The position numbers and the translations under genes are program-made. The notes under the pieces are model-generated. The model ran no database searches and was not told the DNA's origin. It saw only the letters and a program-made list of their open reading frames with translations. 64,000 nt of DNA from Nemertoderma westbladi (lineage: Eukaryota; Animalia; Xenacoelomorpha): positions 51,122 to 115,121 of the forward strand of contig JAUCBJ010000122.1 of assembly GCA_032718475.1 (NCBI GenBank), in the 5' to 3' direction. Positions 24,991 through 38,183 of the stretch are shown here, in pieces (positions within the stretch are counted from its first letter, which is position 1; every line of letters begins with the position of its first letter).

Positions 24991-26513
24991 AGAATTTATT
25001 CGCTATGGAGTAGTGGGAGATATGGAAGCCAATGAAGATTACCTTGCATTACTCCATAGTAAATACTTTAGTGTTGCAGTGATGTGCTTCTTAATGTGTA
25101 AACTTTATTATAGAGTCTGTCATACCATTTGTAAGACAATGCTATCCATAACATTTTGTTTGCCCTCTGAATAGAGTCAAATGCTTTCCAAAATCGACGT
25201 CAAATACCTTGCTGACACCTGCTCGTTTAGTTTGAATGTTTGCTTTGACAATCAAGAAACTACAAGCGAAAATAGACTATATTTAAACCCAACAATGAAA
25301 ACGGCGTATAGTCGGTAGGTTGAATGACTTTATCGAATTAATTCCGATATCAATTCTCCATACTTTTGTAGTATTTCGATTAAGTTTCGTAAAATTCAAT
25401 CTGAGCTTAGTGAGTAGGCCGGTTTTATATTTACAAATACGAATTAAAGGAACTCAACAAATAAAAAAAGTAGATAGAATTCATATAGATAGACTATTAT
25501 TGCTACATTGCACATCCGTCGTTAGAACATCCAAATATGGGAATATATAATGTAAACAAATTTCTTCAATCTTATTAAGTATGAAACTTCTTAAGCTATT
25601 TCAGCCAATCAATGTTACCATGTAAATCCCTTATTTAAACACAAAAGGCCACACAGTACTCTTTACTTATTGTCTTTCCTAATAGTATTAAGTTAGTTAG
25701 GCCTACTGTATAATTTATAAATTATTCATTAAGTCAGATAGAGTATATGGGACCAATATCAGTAATTTTTATTTTATATTTCATGATTTTCTGGTGTTCA
25801 TTGCAACTCAAATTGTAATTCGCCAGAGAAGGTGTAGAGAGAAGTCTCGGAGGTTCTGTATTTCTCGCATAACCAAAACATTTTGGCTGGCTGTTTCTTT
25901 AACTTTTCTTCCAATTCGAGGTTTCTGATAAAATCCTAATTAATTAGGTGTAGTAAACAACAACAAATTTTAACAATTACCATAGGATACGTGCGTGTGT
26001 CTGTATTGTATACCTACCTACGCAATAATAATATTTGGGTGTGTTACCCTAATATATCACACGATATGCATGGAAGGCTTCTTGTAATTCTAAGCTCGGA
26101 AGACGCAACAGTCTGAAGAAACATTTCAGCTTGAATGGCTTGGTTGGTATTATATCATCATTTTACTTGGTAATTTATAGCTGCGTTTTATCCTAGGCCT
26201 TCAGTTCAGCCGAACCCGGTTTATGAATTGATTGTTGTATTGATTTGTATATTTGATTAGGTAGGATCACAATAATTTCAGTATTAGCATGTTTTAAATA
26301 AATAAATAAAAATTGACTTAAATACATTTAATCTTACTGAAATTACTATCAAATCAACTTTTAACACGTGAAGCTAATATAATATCTCACTATTGGTATA
26401 CCATTGATGATTTAATTTTCATGCACTTATGTCGAAGAATACAGGACGGTTGTACTATATACTGTAGCACCGCATGTACAATAAATAAACAGTATGTACA
26501 TTACTAGCTACAG

Positions 26514-26682
26514 ATGAATAACGTACGTGAATCTAAAAGGAAGAAACAAGTTCTTTTGACGATCAAGTGCGTTCTAGCAGGGGATGGGGCTGTTGGCAAG
26601 ACATCATTGGCATTGAGCTACTCTCTAAATGAAAAACCAGATCAAACTGTATACAACCCTACAGCTATAGATGTATATACAG
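26514..26682 (+). CDS. RHOU: RhoU/RhoV (Wrch-1/Chp)-like GTPase, coding exon 1
   Basis: [16 protein letters not shown]-loop and switch [11 protein letters not shown]. Donor ACA G|gtatgt is phase 1. Confidence 0.85.
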
Positions 26683-26915
26683 GTATGTCTGTATACGATA
26701 GTACAGTATGTAATACATACAGTATAGACTATGGATGTAGCAGTCTAGTTATACAGGTATAAACCAAGTGGACTGATGAAGTTTAATAGAGAGACTAATA
26801 CAGGTATGTACTATTTGTACAGAGTTTTGTGTAGACACTGGTGCTGGTGTTTTTTCTTATTCTTAGCATGGCATACCTGTTATAAAATTATAATTTTGAG
26901 ATTTGTTTAAAAAAC

Positions 26916-28800
26916 TGATAACGGTACGTAATCTAGCAGGAATGTACCCAATGTAATGATACCGGTACGTAATCTAGCAGGAATGTACCCAATGTAATGA
27001 TACCGGTACGTAATCTAGCAGGAATGTACCCAATGTAATGATACCGGTACGTAATCTTGCAGGGATGTACCCAATGTAATGATACCGGTACGTAATCTAG
27101 CAGGAATGTACCCAATGTAATGATACCGGTACGTAATCTAGCAGGGATGTACCCAATGTAATGATACCGGTACGTAATCTAGCAGGGATGTACCCAATGT
27201 AATGATACCGGTACGTAATCTAGCGGGAATGTACCCAATGTAATGATACCGGTACGTAATCTAGCAGGGATGTACCCAATGTAATGATACCGGTACGTAA
27301 TCTAGCAGGGATGTACCCAATGTAATGATACCGGTACGTAATCTAGCAGGGACGTACCCAATGTAATGTTACCGGTACGTAATCTAGCAGGAATGTACCC
27401 AATGTAATGATACCGGTACGTAATCTAGCAGGAATGTACCCAATGTAATGATACCGGTACGTAATCTAGCAGGAATGTACCCAATGTAATGATACCGGTA
27501 CGTAATCTAGCAGGGATGTACCCAATGTAATGATACCGGTACGTAATCTAGCAGGGATGTACCCAATGTAATGATACCGGTACGTAATCTAGCGGGAATG
27601 TACCCAATGTAATGATACCGGTACGTAATCTAGCAGGGATGTACCCAATGTAATGATACCGGTACGTAATCTAGCAGGGATGTACCCAATGTAATGATAC
27701 CGGTACGTAATCTAGCAGGGACGTACCCAATGTAATGTTACCGGTACGTAATCTAGCAGGAATGTACCCAATGTAATGATACCGGTACGTAATCTAGCAG
27801 GAATGTACCCAATGTAATGATACCGGTACGTAATCTAGCAGGGATGTACCCAATGTAATGATACCGGTACGTAATCTAGCAGGGATGTACCCAATGTAAT
27901 GATACCGGTACGTAATCTAGCGGGAATGTACCCAATGTAATGATACCGGTACGTAATCTAGCAGGGATGTACCCAATGTAATGATACCGGTACGTAATCT
28001 AGCAGGGATGTACCCAATGTAATGATACCGGTACGTAATCTAGCAGGGAGGTACCCAATGTAATGATACAGGTACGTAATCTAGCAGGAATGTACCCAAT
28101 GTAATGATACAGGTACGTAATCTAGCAGGAATGTATCCAATGGAATGATACAGGTACGTAATCTAGCAGGAATGTATCCAATGGAATGATACAGGTACGT
28201 AATCTAGCAGGGATGTACCCAATGTAATGATACCGGTACGTAATCTAGCAGGGATGTACCCAATGTAATGATACCGGTACGTAATCTAGCAGGGAGGTAC
28301 CCAATGTAATGATACAGGTACGTAATCTAGCAGGGATGTATCCAATGGAATGATACCGGTACGTAAATCTAGCAGGAATGTACCCAATGTAATGATACCG
28401 GTACGTAATCTAGCAGGGAGGTACCCAATGTAATGATACAGGTACGTAATCTAGCAGGGATGTATCCAATGGAATGATACCGGTACGTAAATCTAGCAGG
28501 AATGTACCCAATGTAATGATACAGGTACGTAATCTAGCAGGGATGTACCCAATGTAATGTTACCGGTACGTAATCTAGCAGGGATGTACCCAATGTAATG
28601 TTACCGGTACGTAATCTAGCAGGGATGTACCCAATGTAATGTTACCGGTACGTAATCTAGCAGGGATGTACCCAATGTAATGTTACCGGTACGTAATCTA
28701 GCGGGAATGTACCCAATGTAATGATACCGGTACGTAATCTAGCAGGGATGTATCCAATGTAATGATACAGGTACGTAATCTAGCAGGGATGTGCCCAATG
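26916..28800. repeat. 41-bp minisatellite (~46 copies) in RhoU/V intron 1
   Basis: Unit ac(c/a)ggtacgtaatctagcagg(a/g)atgtacccaatgtaatgat. Period is 41 (26961 to 27002). Confidence 0.97.
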
Positions 28801-29182
28801 TACTGGTACAGTTATGTATAGCACGTATGCACCAAATGTACCATGTAAATCAGCTATTTACCAAGTGTCTGATACACGTATGTACCAAGTGTCTGGTACA
28901 TGTATGTATCAAGTGTACACAATGCAGGATTTGTACTAGTTTTTTGTTTTTATTATATGGTAAATACTATTGCACGTTTGTAAATACAGTACAAATATTG
29001 GATTTCTATATAATATTACCTATAATATTAAATTGAGGTAGTAGCCCCATTAAGACATTTGATTGTAATAGTTCGTGAAATTGTTTTCCATATGCGTGTT
29101 ATTTATTGAGGATAATTCCTAATCTTGTATCGTCCACAACTACTCACGTATAAAAGGTCTTCCTAAATCTATTGTTTAACAG

Positions 29183-29417
29183 TCAAAGTCCTGGTTGATG
29201 ACTGCAAAGTTCGTGTTCAACTATACGACACAGCGGGTCAGGACGACTTCGAATGTCTCCAAGACCTCAACTTCAAGAGCGCCGACGTTGTGTTGCTATG
29301 CTACGATATCGTTAACCCTACCTCATTGGATAACGCCATGTCTAAATGGGCGCCCCAGATAAATAAATGCATCCCATTGGTTCCCGTGCTGCTTGTTGGC
29401 ACTAAGGATGACCTAAG
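29183..29417 (+). CDS. RHOU: RhoU/RhoV-like GTPase, exon 2
   Basis: ttaacag|TC ... CTA AG|gttgga. Reads VKVLVDDCKVRVQLYDTAGQDDF...ADVVLLCYDIVNPTSLDNAMSKWAPQI...PVLLVGTKDDLR (G3 and G4 boxes). Confidence 0.9.
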
Positions 29418-29773
29418 GTTGGACCCTCACTCATTAATATAAGATAATGGATGGGCTCGAACCCGGCTATTAAAGGGTTAAAAATGTAGCGATATAATGC
29501 GAAACCATCATTCCACCGATAACAATTTGTTTAATATCATTCATTAATAATTATCATAAAATTTTAGCAAAGGTAATTTCTCTATGGATTCTATTGTAAA
29601 ACGGGTGCAATTAAAATATGACAATAGGTGGAATTTTAAAATATTCTCATATAGAGAAAGGAAAACAACATTGTTTGTTTTACACATATTCATTTTATAT
29701 TAATTCGATAATTTTATATTTTTTTATTTATTCATATATTATATCATTTTCTTTACTTTTCCTACTTCTTTAG

Positions 29774-29915
29774 AAACAACGAGGGTGTAATAAACAAGTT
29801 GAATATGAGGCAAGAATACCCGATAGTAGCAGAGCAGGCGAGAGATTGTATGAAGGACATCAGGGCATTAGATAGTTTGCAGTGCTCAGCCCTCACTGGT
29901 TACAATCTCAAAGAG
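29774..29915 (+). CDS. RHOU: RhoU/RhoV-like GTPase, exon 3
   Basis: ttctttag|A ... AAA GAG|gtatgt. Contains the Rho insert NNEGVINKLNMRQEYPI and the G5 box QCSALTGYNLKE. Confidence 0.9.
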
Positions 29916-30920
29916 GTATGTGTTACACCATGATTCTACTGCATATCGTTGTAATATATATATGTTACTTGTTCGTTCCACGGAAATATATATTACATGC
30001 GATGGTTCATATTTACAATAATTAATATATATTATTTAGTTGTGATTGGAGTTGTGTGCTGCCCGTCACACTTAAGTATCAACTTTCTACCCCCAAGAGG
30101 GATATAAGGATACCCTTGGGGCACCTTCCATATTTTTTTCACTACGTGACAAAAATAGTATTTCAATATAAACATATAACTTATGCGACCTCCTACAGGC
30201 AAACTATCCATCAATTTCTGCTTTCGGATATATTTAAAATGGAAACCTCGATCTGGATTAGTTATAGATAATTATAACGCTCTAAATATGTGGAGTCTAA
30301 ATAATGATACATAATGTGGCTATAAATACAGTTGTATTAGGTGTATTTGATATGAGAGGTCTAGTTGCCTACTCTAATGACAATACCTTTACCTACGCCC
30401 AGGATTGACTTATTCTACTGGTCGCCTTGGACTTTGCTTTGTTTTTAAATAGCTTTATATTTTGTTTAATTCTTCATAATAATAATAATATGTAGCCTAT
30501 CAAATAATAATGGACATAATGGTTTGGTATAGACGGAATCGTCGGTAATTCGACAAAACCCCCTAAGTCGATTTTTGTAGTTTTGAGAAAAACGAAAAAA
30601 ACTGAATATTTTAAGAAATCTTGAGTAATGCGATCTAATTTATGACTAAATATTATCTAAAATAGCGTATAATTTGTTTGGGCACATATTTTTAGAGGTA
30701 GATCGCATTTTAGACCATTTAATTTGATATCTGTTGTTTTGCCAGATTGTGAAACAAAATAGTTAGGTTAGAACATACAATTAAGGGTGGTTATCTTTAG
30801 CATGTGGGGTTTTATCAGATACAGTCTGGCCCATTAAATGACTTATTTGTGGGTCTAAGGGTCCAATAAAGCAAAGCTCTTATATTAGAAACACTGTAAT
30901 ATTACAATTATTTTTATAAT

Positions 30921-31237
30921 TACTACTTCTACTATCAGCATGCTGCATTGCAACTGCATTATTATGTATTACATATATATTAATAATGCTCTGCCGGCTT
31001 GTCAACAAAATTGCGCTGTCACATCTCCCTACCACCCATGACATTTGCTAGATTATCCGCATCTTCAAGGCCAGTATTTAGATACGCCTCTAACAGGCGT
31101 CCCAAGAAAGTCATGGGCTATCCACCATGCTTATTCACTCCATGAGGCTGCCAAAGTACAAGATAATGCACTGGCTGGTACTCACGGCGAAAGCAATGTC
31201 CTGCAAAGCGGAGGCGGTTCAGGTCAAGTGTCAAGCT
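30921..31237 (-). mobile_element. RTE-type LINE 3' fragment
   Basis: Same 3' end as the 5552-5992 copy, more diverged. Confidence 0.8.
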
Positions 31238-31734
31238 AAGGAAGACTAATGGGTGTTTGCGCTGTCTGGATTGTGGTCATCCTGCCACACCTGCTGTTGG
31301 AAACTAATTGATGTTCACCATCTTCCGTCAGCATTGATTGCTCGTCATTTACCCCGCATATTGACAGCCATAGAATCCGGTAGAGTGTCATACTCAAGAT
31401 TGATGCTATGAGAATCCGTAGGCCGAAGAGATAAAACGATCCCTTCTCAATTATTATTATCTCAACACTTTCTACAATTAGCGGCTGAAGTCCTGTGCCA
31501 TCATCATCTCTGATATTGTTGTTGTAGGCTTCTAAAACAGATAAATCTCGATTCGTCATTACTTCACCGCAAGGTGAATATCTTCAGCTACACTCACTAA
31601 CTGATTGAACATCTCCAGCTAAACTCTATAATCGGCCTGCTGCATTGAAACTGGTCATTGAGATGCTGGCTTAACAAAAGTATTTTGCTACCACCACGCA
31701 ATCCACAATTGACAAGCCCAATGCAGGGTGCATT

Positions 31735-32870
31735 AAGAATGGTATGCCGGCTTATCTACGAAGATTCACCGCCACAACTCCCTATCCCCCATGACTTTCG
31801 CGAGACTATTCGCATCTACAAAACCAGTGTCCTTTAAGAGGCATCTCACAAAAGTCATGTGTTGTCCACCATGCTTATTTTCTCCATGGGGCTGCCAAAG
31901 CACAAGATTATGCACAGGCTGGTCCTCACTCGAAAACAATTTCCTGCAAAGCGGAGTGTTCAAGTGTCAAGCTTGGGGGGACCCATGAGACACCTCCAAT
32001 GTTATATAGTGTCTGGTTGGAGATGTGTGCATTGTACTTGACACAGTGAACCCGGCGTAGCATTCTTGTGAATGTGCCATCCAGAGATTTGGTTTCCTCA
32101 GTAGTTAGAGCCCAGCATGGACTCCCATAGAGGAGTACTGGAACTACTGCTGCTCTAAATAATCGGACCTTAAGTTTCCGATTAATTATTGGTGACTTCC
32201 AAAACCTGGAAAGCCTATTCAAGGCTGCACATGCCTTTCCCTTACGTATTTGAAGGTCCTCACCTAACTTCCGGATCCATGATCCCAGGTAACAGAAGTC
32301 TTCCACTTGCTCAAGCACACCATCCTTTGAGCTTATGCTCATCCGGTCAGAGACTTGCTGAGGACTTTTCAAAGTCAACTGTCAACATTTTCGAATGTCC
32401 TGAGGAGCTGTTCGGCTCCTTCTAGTGATTCTGAGAGTACTCCTAAGTCATCAGCAAAGTCTAGATCAGTCAGGTACTTGGCAGGATTTCCTCGACTTCT
32501 GGAGCCAGTAGGTGGAGTTACCATCACCCCATCATAATTCTCATGATCTAAGGACATTAGTAAAACATAGTCAACCACAATTATGAACAAGAATGGCGCA
32601 AGTGTGTCTCCTTGGAGGACTCCCCATAACATTTCAAATGGTTCTGTGTCACCGTCAACAGTAGTAGCAATAACAAAAATAGTACAAATGTCTTCGAACC
32701 ATCTTACTAATCTGATTGCTGCAATAATTCCATCAGGAATCCCATATAATGAAAGTATGCTGAACATACGTGAGCGAGAGACTGAATCAAAGGGCTTGAC
32801 GAAGTTAACACAACATCCAGGTCTGTCTTTCTTTTTTGACAACTCTTCAATTATCCTTCTAAGTGAAAAA
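31735..32870 (-). mobile_element. RTE/RTEX-type LINE, frameshifted reverse transcriptase region
   Basis: FVKPFDSVSR, GVLQGDTLAPFLFIIVVDYVL, YLTDLDFADDL, VEDFCYLGSW and KVRLFRAAVVPVLLYGSPCWALT are spread across several frames. Confidence 0.9.
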
Positions 32871-32904
32871 ATGGGCTCACATGGTCCCACGACCTTTACG
32901 GAAC

Positions 32905-33410
32905 CCAAATCATCTCCAGCTACACTCACAACTGATTGAACATTGTCAGTTACATTCACTACCGGTTGAACATCTCCAGCTATACTCACTACCGGTTGAA
33001 CATCTCCCGCGACACACACTACCGGTTGAACATATCCAGTTACACTCACTACCAGTTGAACATCTCCAGTTACAATCAGTACTGGTTGAACATCTTCAGC
33101 TACACTCACTAACGGTTGAACATCTCCAGCTACACTCACTACCGGTTGAACATCTCCAGTTACTCTCACTACCAGTTGAACATCTACAGTTACACTCAGT
33201 ACTGGTTGAACATCTTCAGCTACACTCACTACCGGTTGAACATCTCCAGCTATTCTCACTATCGGTTGAACATCTTCAGTTACACTCACTACCAGTTAAA
33301 AATCTCCAGTTACACTCAGTACTGGTTAAACATCTTCAGGTGCACTCACTACTGGTTGAACATATTCAGCTACACTCACTACTGGTTGAACATCTTTAGC
33401 TACACTCACC
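32905..33410. repeat. 30-bp minisatellite (~16 copies)
   Basis: Unit ggttgaacatctccagctacactcactacc. An orphan ~1.5-unit copy lies at ~31572-31620. Confidence 0.9.
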
Positions 33411-33493
33411 TAGAGGATATCTACAGTTCTATAAAGTAACTTGTAAATGGACCAGTAGACTTGTAAATAATCTTGTACTCAAGTACGCAATCT

Positions 33494-33690
33494 CATGGAG
33501 TGAATAAGCATAGTGGACAGCCCATGACTTTCTTGAGGCGCATCTCAAAGGACACTGGCCTTGAAGATGCGGATGATCTAGCAAATGTCATGGGTGATAG
33601 GGATTTGTGGCGTTGCAATTTTGTGGACATGCCGGCACAGCATTCTTAAAATGCACCTGCAATGGAGCGTGCCGATCCTAGTAGTAGTAG
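33494..33690 (+). mobile_element. RTE-type LINE 3' fragment
   Basis: Reverse complement of the 5552 copy, ending gccgatcctagtagtagtag. Confidence 0.85.
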
Positions 33691-34508
33691 TGTAAATGGA
33701 CCCCCCTCCCCAGATTTTCGCCAAAGGTTAAAATAAGCATTACAAATTTTCAGCTATTTAAAAATACTGTAGGTGTTGAGTAGGCAACCTATTTATTTAA
33801 TACTAATACCGTAGACCAACTTCAAAACTCACTCCATTAATTAATTCAAGGCCAATTATCCTATCATATTGTGACAAACGGTCATTTTGGGGGTTTTATC
33901 AGAACGAATAATTAAAAGTCCCTCTGACATTTAACTAATAAGAAACCCCCTAGAATATCTAAGTTTAGGGGTTTTATCAGAAATTAAATCCCATATTGAA
34001 GGTGCTTAAACAGAGTTTTTTTCCTACTTAGGGGGTTTTAACAGATCAAGCGATATTTAGACGGGATCTTATTTTGCGTTTTTCTCCGTTATTAACCCTG
34101 TTTTAACTTCTGGGGTTTTGTCAGAAGGTGGATATCAATCTAAGGTACCAGAATCACCAAAAACCTGAAAATGGCTAAAAATCGACTTAAGGGGTTTTAC
34201 CAGATTACCCACGGAATGTAAGCATAATAATGCAGCACCTTCTAGTATCGAGAAGTACAGTTGTTGGTGTGGAAGGCCGACAGTTTGGTTGTGTGATTGA
34301 TTTAAAATCATATGGGTAGGCAGTCATAGCTAATAGCAATCAGGCAGTAAGGCGAATAGGCTTCACATCGCAAAATTAGTGACTAGTTTTGCGTGGTTGT
34401 TGAGAAACAACCGTGAAGCACCAACCATATTATATTTATACAATTCAGATGTAGTGTATAGCAATATGGAATATGACCATGCTGTTGTGTTCCCAATTAC
34501 GAATCTGA

Positions 34509-35040
34509 ACTACTAGTAGGATCGGCATGCTGCATTGCAGCTGAATTTTTAAGAATGCTGTGCCGGATTGTCGACAAAATTGCGCCGCCACAACTCCCTA
34601 TCACCCATGACAGATCATCAGCATCTTCAAGGCCAGTGTCCTTCAAGATGCGTCACAAGAAAGTCATGGGCTGTCCACCATGCTTATTCACTCCATGAGG
34701 CTGCCAAAGCACAAGATTATGCACTGGCTGGTCCTCACGGCGAAAGCAATGTCCTGCAAAGCGGAGGCGATTTTGTTCTAGTGTCAAGCTTGGGGGAACC
34801 AATGAGACACCTCCAATGTTATATAGTGTCTGGTTGGAGATGTGTGCATTGTACTTGACACAATGAACCCGGCGTAGCATTCTTGTGAATGTACCTTCCA
34901 AAGATTTGGTGTCCTCAGTAGTTAGAGCCCAGCATGGACTCCCATAGAGAAGTACTGGAACTACTGCTGCTCTAAATAATCGGACCTTAAGTTTCCGATT
35001 AATTCTATGTGACTTCCAAATCCTGGAAAGCCTATCGAAT
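34509..35040 (-). mobile_element. RTE-type LINE 3' fragment
   Basis: EGTFTRMLRRVHCVKYNAHISNQTLYNIGG...RLRFAGHCFRREDQPVHNLVLWQP with (TAG)n tail. Confidence 0.85.
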
Positions 35041-35344
35041 GTGGGAGCCTATGGGCAAAGCAGCCCTTCGAATCTGAGGACCTGGTTACGAATATGTCCC
35101 AGGTTACAAATCAGAGTGTCCAGTTCCTGGCCACCTGGTTACGAATAGGAAGGAGTTTGTGGTTAAGAAATGGATTTCCTGGTTACGAAACTCAGCCCTC
35201 AGTATCTGAACCACAGGTAATAAATCTGACAGCCAGGAGCTGATCTGGGTGACAAGATACGAATTTGAGTACTCAGTTATAAGTCTAAGTGTCACATACC
35301 TTTTCATCAGCAGCATTCCATGTGCTAATATTGTAACATTTGAG

Positions 35345-35610
35345 GTGTTCCATTAGTCTCCCCTAGCTTAACACTTGAACGGAGCCGCCCCCGCTTTGCA
35401 AGACATTGCTTTTGTTGTGAGGATCAGACAGTGCATAATCTTGTGCTTTGGCGACCTCATGGAAAGAATAAACATGGTTGACAGCACATGACTTTCTTGA
35501 GACATCCTTGACTTTCTCTTATAGAACACTGGCCTTGAAGATGCGGATGATCTAGTAAATGTCCTTGGTGCTAGGAAGTTGTGGCGGCGCAATTTCGTCG
35601 ACAAGCCGGC
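35345..35610 (+). mobile_element. Diverged RTE-type LINE fragment
   Basis: cgctttgcaagacattgct...ctggccttgaagatgcggatgatctag...gtcgacaagccggc matches the family. Confidence 0.75.
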
Positions 35611-36860
35611 TGTTCGCGCTTTTAGACCTTTAGCAGTTTAACCTGCCAATTTTAGTTGTCCTCTTGTTTATAAATGGACTTTAGCCTATATCAATTACCT
35701 AGTGTACTGAAGTTACATCAGCCGAAGCCAGTCCGTGCGCGGCGTATGACCCACGGTGTGGGAGACTGGATTCGGATTCCTTGAGAGTTATTGCAGTGTA
35801 GACCTACTGTATCATTCGATTGATCGTTACTATATAATCTCTGACAACTATATTTACTTTCGGGGAAATATTAACAGTTCCTTTAGGACGTGGCGCTTTA
35901 AGTATAAAAACAGAGTTATGACTTATACTAATCACAACTAGATGGCCACAGAGTTTCGTAAATAGCGCATTATTTAGTCGATGCTTTATTAACCTTCACA
36001 CTACTTCGCACTAATCTGCCGACCGTCACTGAATTTGATCATATATAAGGAGGATCGCAACTGACACAGGGATTATGAAATAGGATTTAATTCACACAAA
36101 ACCAATATTATTTAAGTCGCAGTTGCTACCGGTAAACCTGTTCCTCTTACCTCAGTAATCAAGAAGATTGAGGGGTTTATGATTATTTATCGGTATTCTC
36201 CAAATATAACAGCAATATCCATTAATATAACAACAATTAATAACAGAAGTAAAATAACGCGGTGAACAGTCAGTATGTGTTACTTATGCAAGTATGAAAT
36301 GCAGTTGAATTGAGTAAATGAGTAATGTGATCAAATGTGATAAAATGTTACGAGATTTACGTTCTTATAATCAAGGCCATCTGATGTTCCTAGGCCAAAG
36401 TCTGAAACTTCCACACAGAAGCACAGAAAATTCCGAGCTGGCTCTGATGCTCAGAAAATAGTAAACAAAGACCGTAATGCATTGCGCGAGTTTCCATAGG
36501 CCTCTGTTAGACATAAAGTGAAAATTGCTCTGATTGGCTGAATAAGGCAGAACAAAGAAATTCCACGTCCACAAAGAATCAGCTGACAGATTTCGTCATC
36601 TGGGTTCTAATTCCTTCCCGTCACGTAGTTGGATAAATTTAGGGCTATTTTAGAGTATTCTGCGCATTGCGTAAAAATGACTTGTTATGTCCGCAAAAGC
36701 TTTTACACCGGCACAGCACTCTTAATATAGTAGGTACCTCGGTCTAACGGCCGAAGGAAACTTTACTTTTTTACTGTGTTAAATTGCTATTATTTTCAAT
36801 GATTTTGCATTTTGAGAGTAAATAATCATTTTTTGATTTCACTTCACATTATTCTTGTAG

Positions 36861-37040
36861 GTATTTGATTGGGGTATAATTTACGGATTAGAGCATTTGG
36901 AACACCGCGGAATGTATGGGAACTCCTTATTGAGACAAACAATTCATAACAAACAAGGACGAAATATACAAATCTGTTCCCGATGTCAAACTCTTGCTAA
37001 GAAGAAACCATTGTGGAAAAAACTATTCTGTCTAATGTAG
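36861..37040 (+). CDS. RHOU: RhoU/RhoV-like GTPase, last exon
   Basis: ttcttgtag|GTA, phase 0. Reads VFDWGIIYGL...AKKKPLWKKLFCLM*. The WKK-x-FC-xx terminus is the RhoU/RhoV signature. Confidence 0.85.
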   Translation, partial: VFDWGIIYGLEHLEHRGMYGNSLLRQTIHNKQGRNIQICSRCQTLAKKKPLWKKLFCLM

Positions 37041-38183
37041 ATTATTTATAATATTATATTTAATTAATTATAATGTAGGTGGCACTAATTATACCGCTAC
37101 GCTAAGGAGCTCACATCGACTTCGTGGCTCGCCCCACATACATGAATCAAAAACTAAATAAAAAACTTATTTGTCCGTGCCATAATCTCATTATTATAAT
37201 TCCTTTAGGAATGCAATAATAATATAACACATTTTCTGTGTAAATACATACGTAAGACGTAAGGCCTACCGTATACGGTATAACTTATTATGTAATAACA
37301 GAACGTTAGTCTAATTTCGGAGAATTTGAATATAATTCAATGATAAACTTTCGTTTTGTCTGCCTATCTATGTAATTGTATAAAACGTACAGACAGACGC
37401 ACAGCACAGGTTACATAGCACCATCGCTATATAGTTGAGATGATAACGTTCTTGTATAGCTGTACCAATAGACATGTCAAACTGTAATCTAACTGTGTAT
37501 ACAATGTCAATAACAGTAGATCGCTGTCCTAAAAGTAATTCTGCCAAGTTTCATCTCCGCATATTCGCCGGCAAGTCGTAGGAATTCAGTCAAATGTCTG
37601 GGGACAACACTCAAAATGTCAGGACAACACTCAAATCATGTAATCAATATTCTGCAATATACTGTTCAGTAGTTACCTGCATGTAGGCCTAGCCCACTAT
37701 CTTTATCTGACGAGCTCAGTAATTCTCTATAATTATGAATAACATTTACCTACCAACATGGCACCATGTACCACCATACCGTTGTACCGATTATATTCAA
37801 CCTACATTAATGTGCATTCTATTGTGTATTTGCTTTAATTCGAGCTTTCAACCTTTTATTACTTATTATATTACCCAAATAAATGCCAGTTCGCCCGCTC
37901 TGCGTTTGTGCGCTCTTGCGCACTGTTATTTAAAATAAGTTATATATTTAGTGAGCTGCGGCAGTACCCATTGTGAGTGAAGGTTGAGATAAAATCCAAT
38001 ATCGTTACGATGTATTCTAATACGGGAATATATTTTTACTGATATTTCATCTTTTAATGTTCCAAATACCCATTTCTACGGATAATGACTTGATAGCTAA
38101 ATTGAACTTCAATTAATGTAAATCACACTAAACAAAGTATAACATAACATAATTAGGTGCATTTCGCTTGCATGGCAAACAAA

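Larger units (their letters stand above)
30540..34213. mobile_element. Non-autonomous DNA element carrying nested LINE fragments and a minisatellite
   Basis: Imperfect ~37-bp TIRs cgtcggtaattcgacaaaaccccctaagtcgattttt / aaaatcgacttaaggggttttaccagattacccacg, flanked by a GAAT direct repeat. Subterminal ggggttttatcaga repeats on both sides. Confidence 0.7.

Noticed and set aside
29470-29481. TTAAAGGGTTAA as the missing piggyBac end
   Set aside because: It is only a 12-bp match, lies 20 kb away inside a RhoU/V intron, and has no subterminal similarity.
32863-33439. Repetitive ORFs (VAGDVQPVVS / HLQLHSLPVE), one fused in frame to RT
   Set aside because: A 30-bp minisatellite abuts a truncated, frameshifted LINE, and the fusion looks fortuitous.
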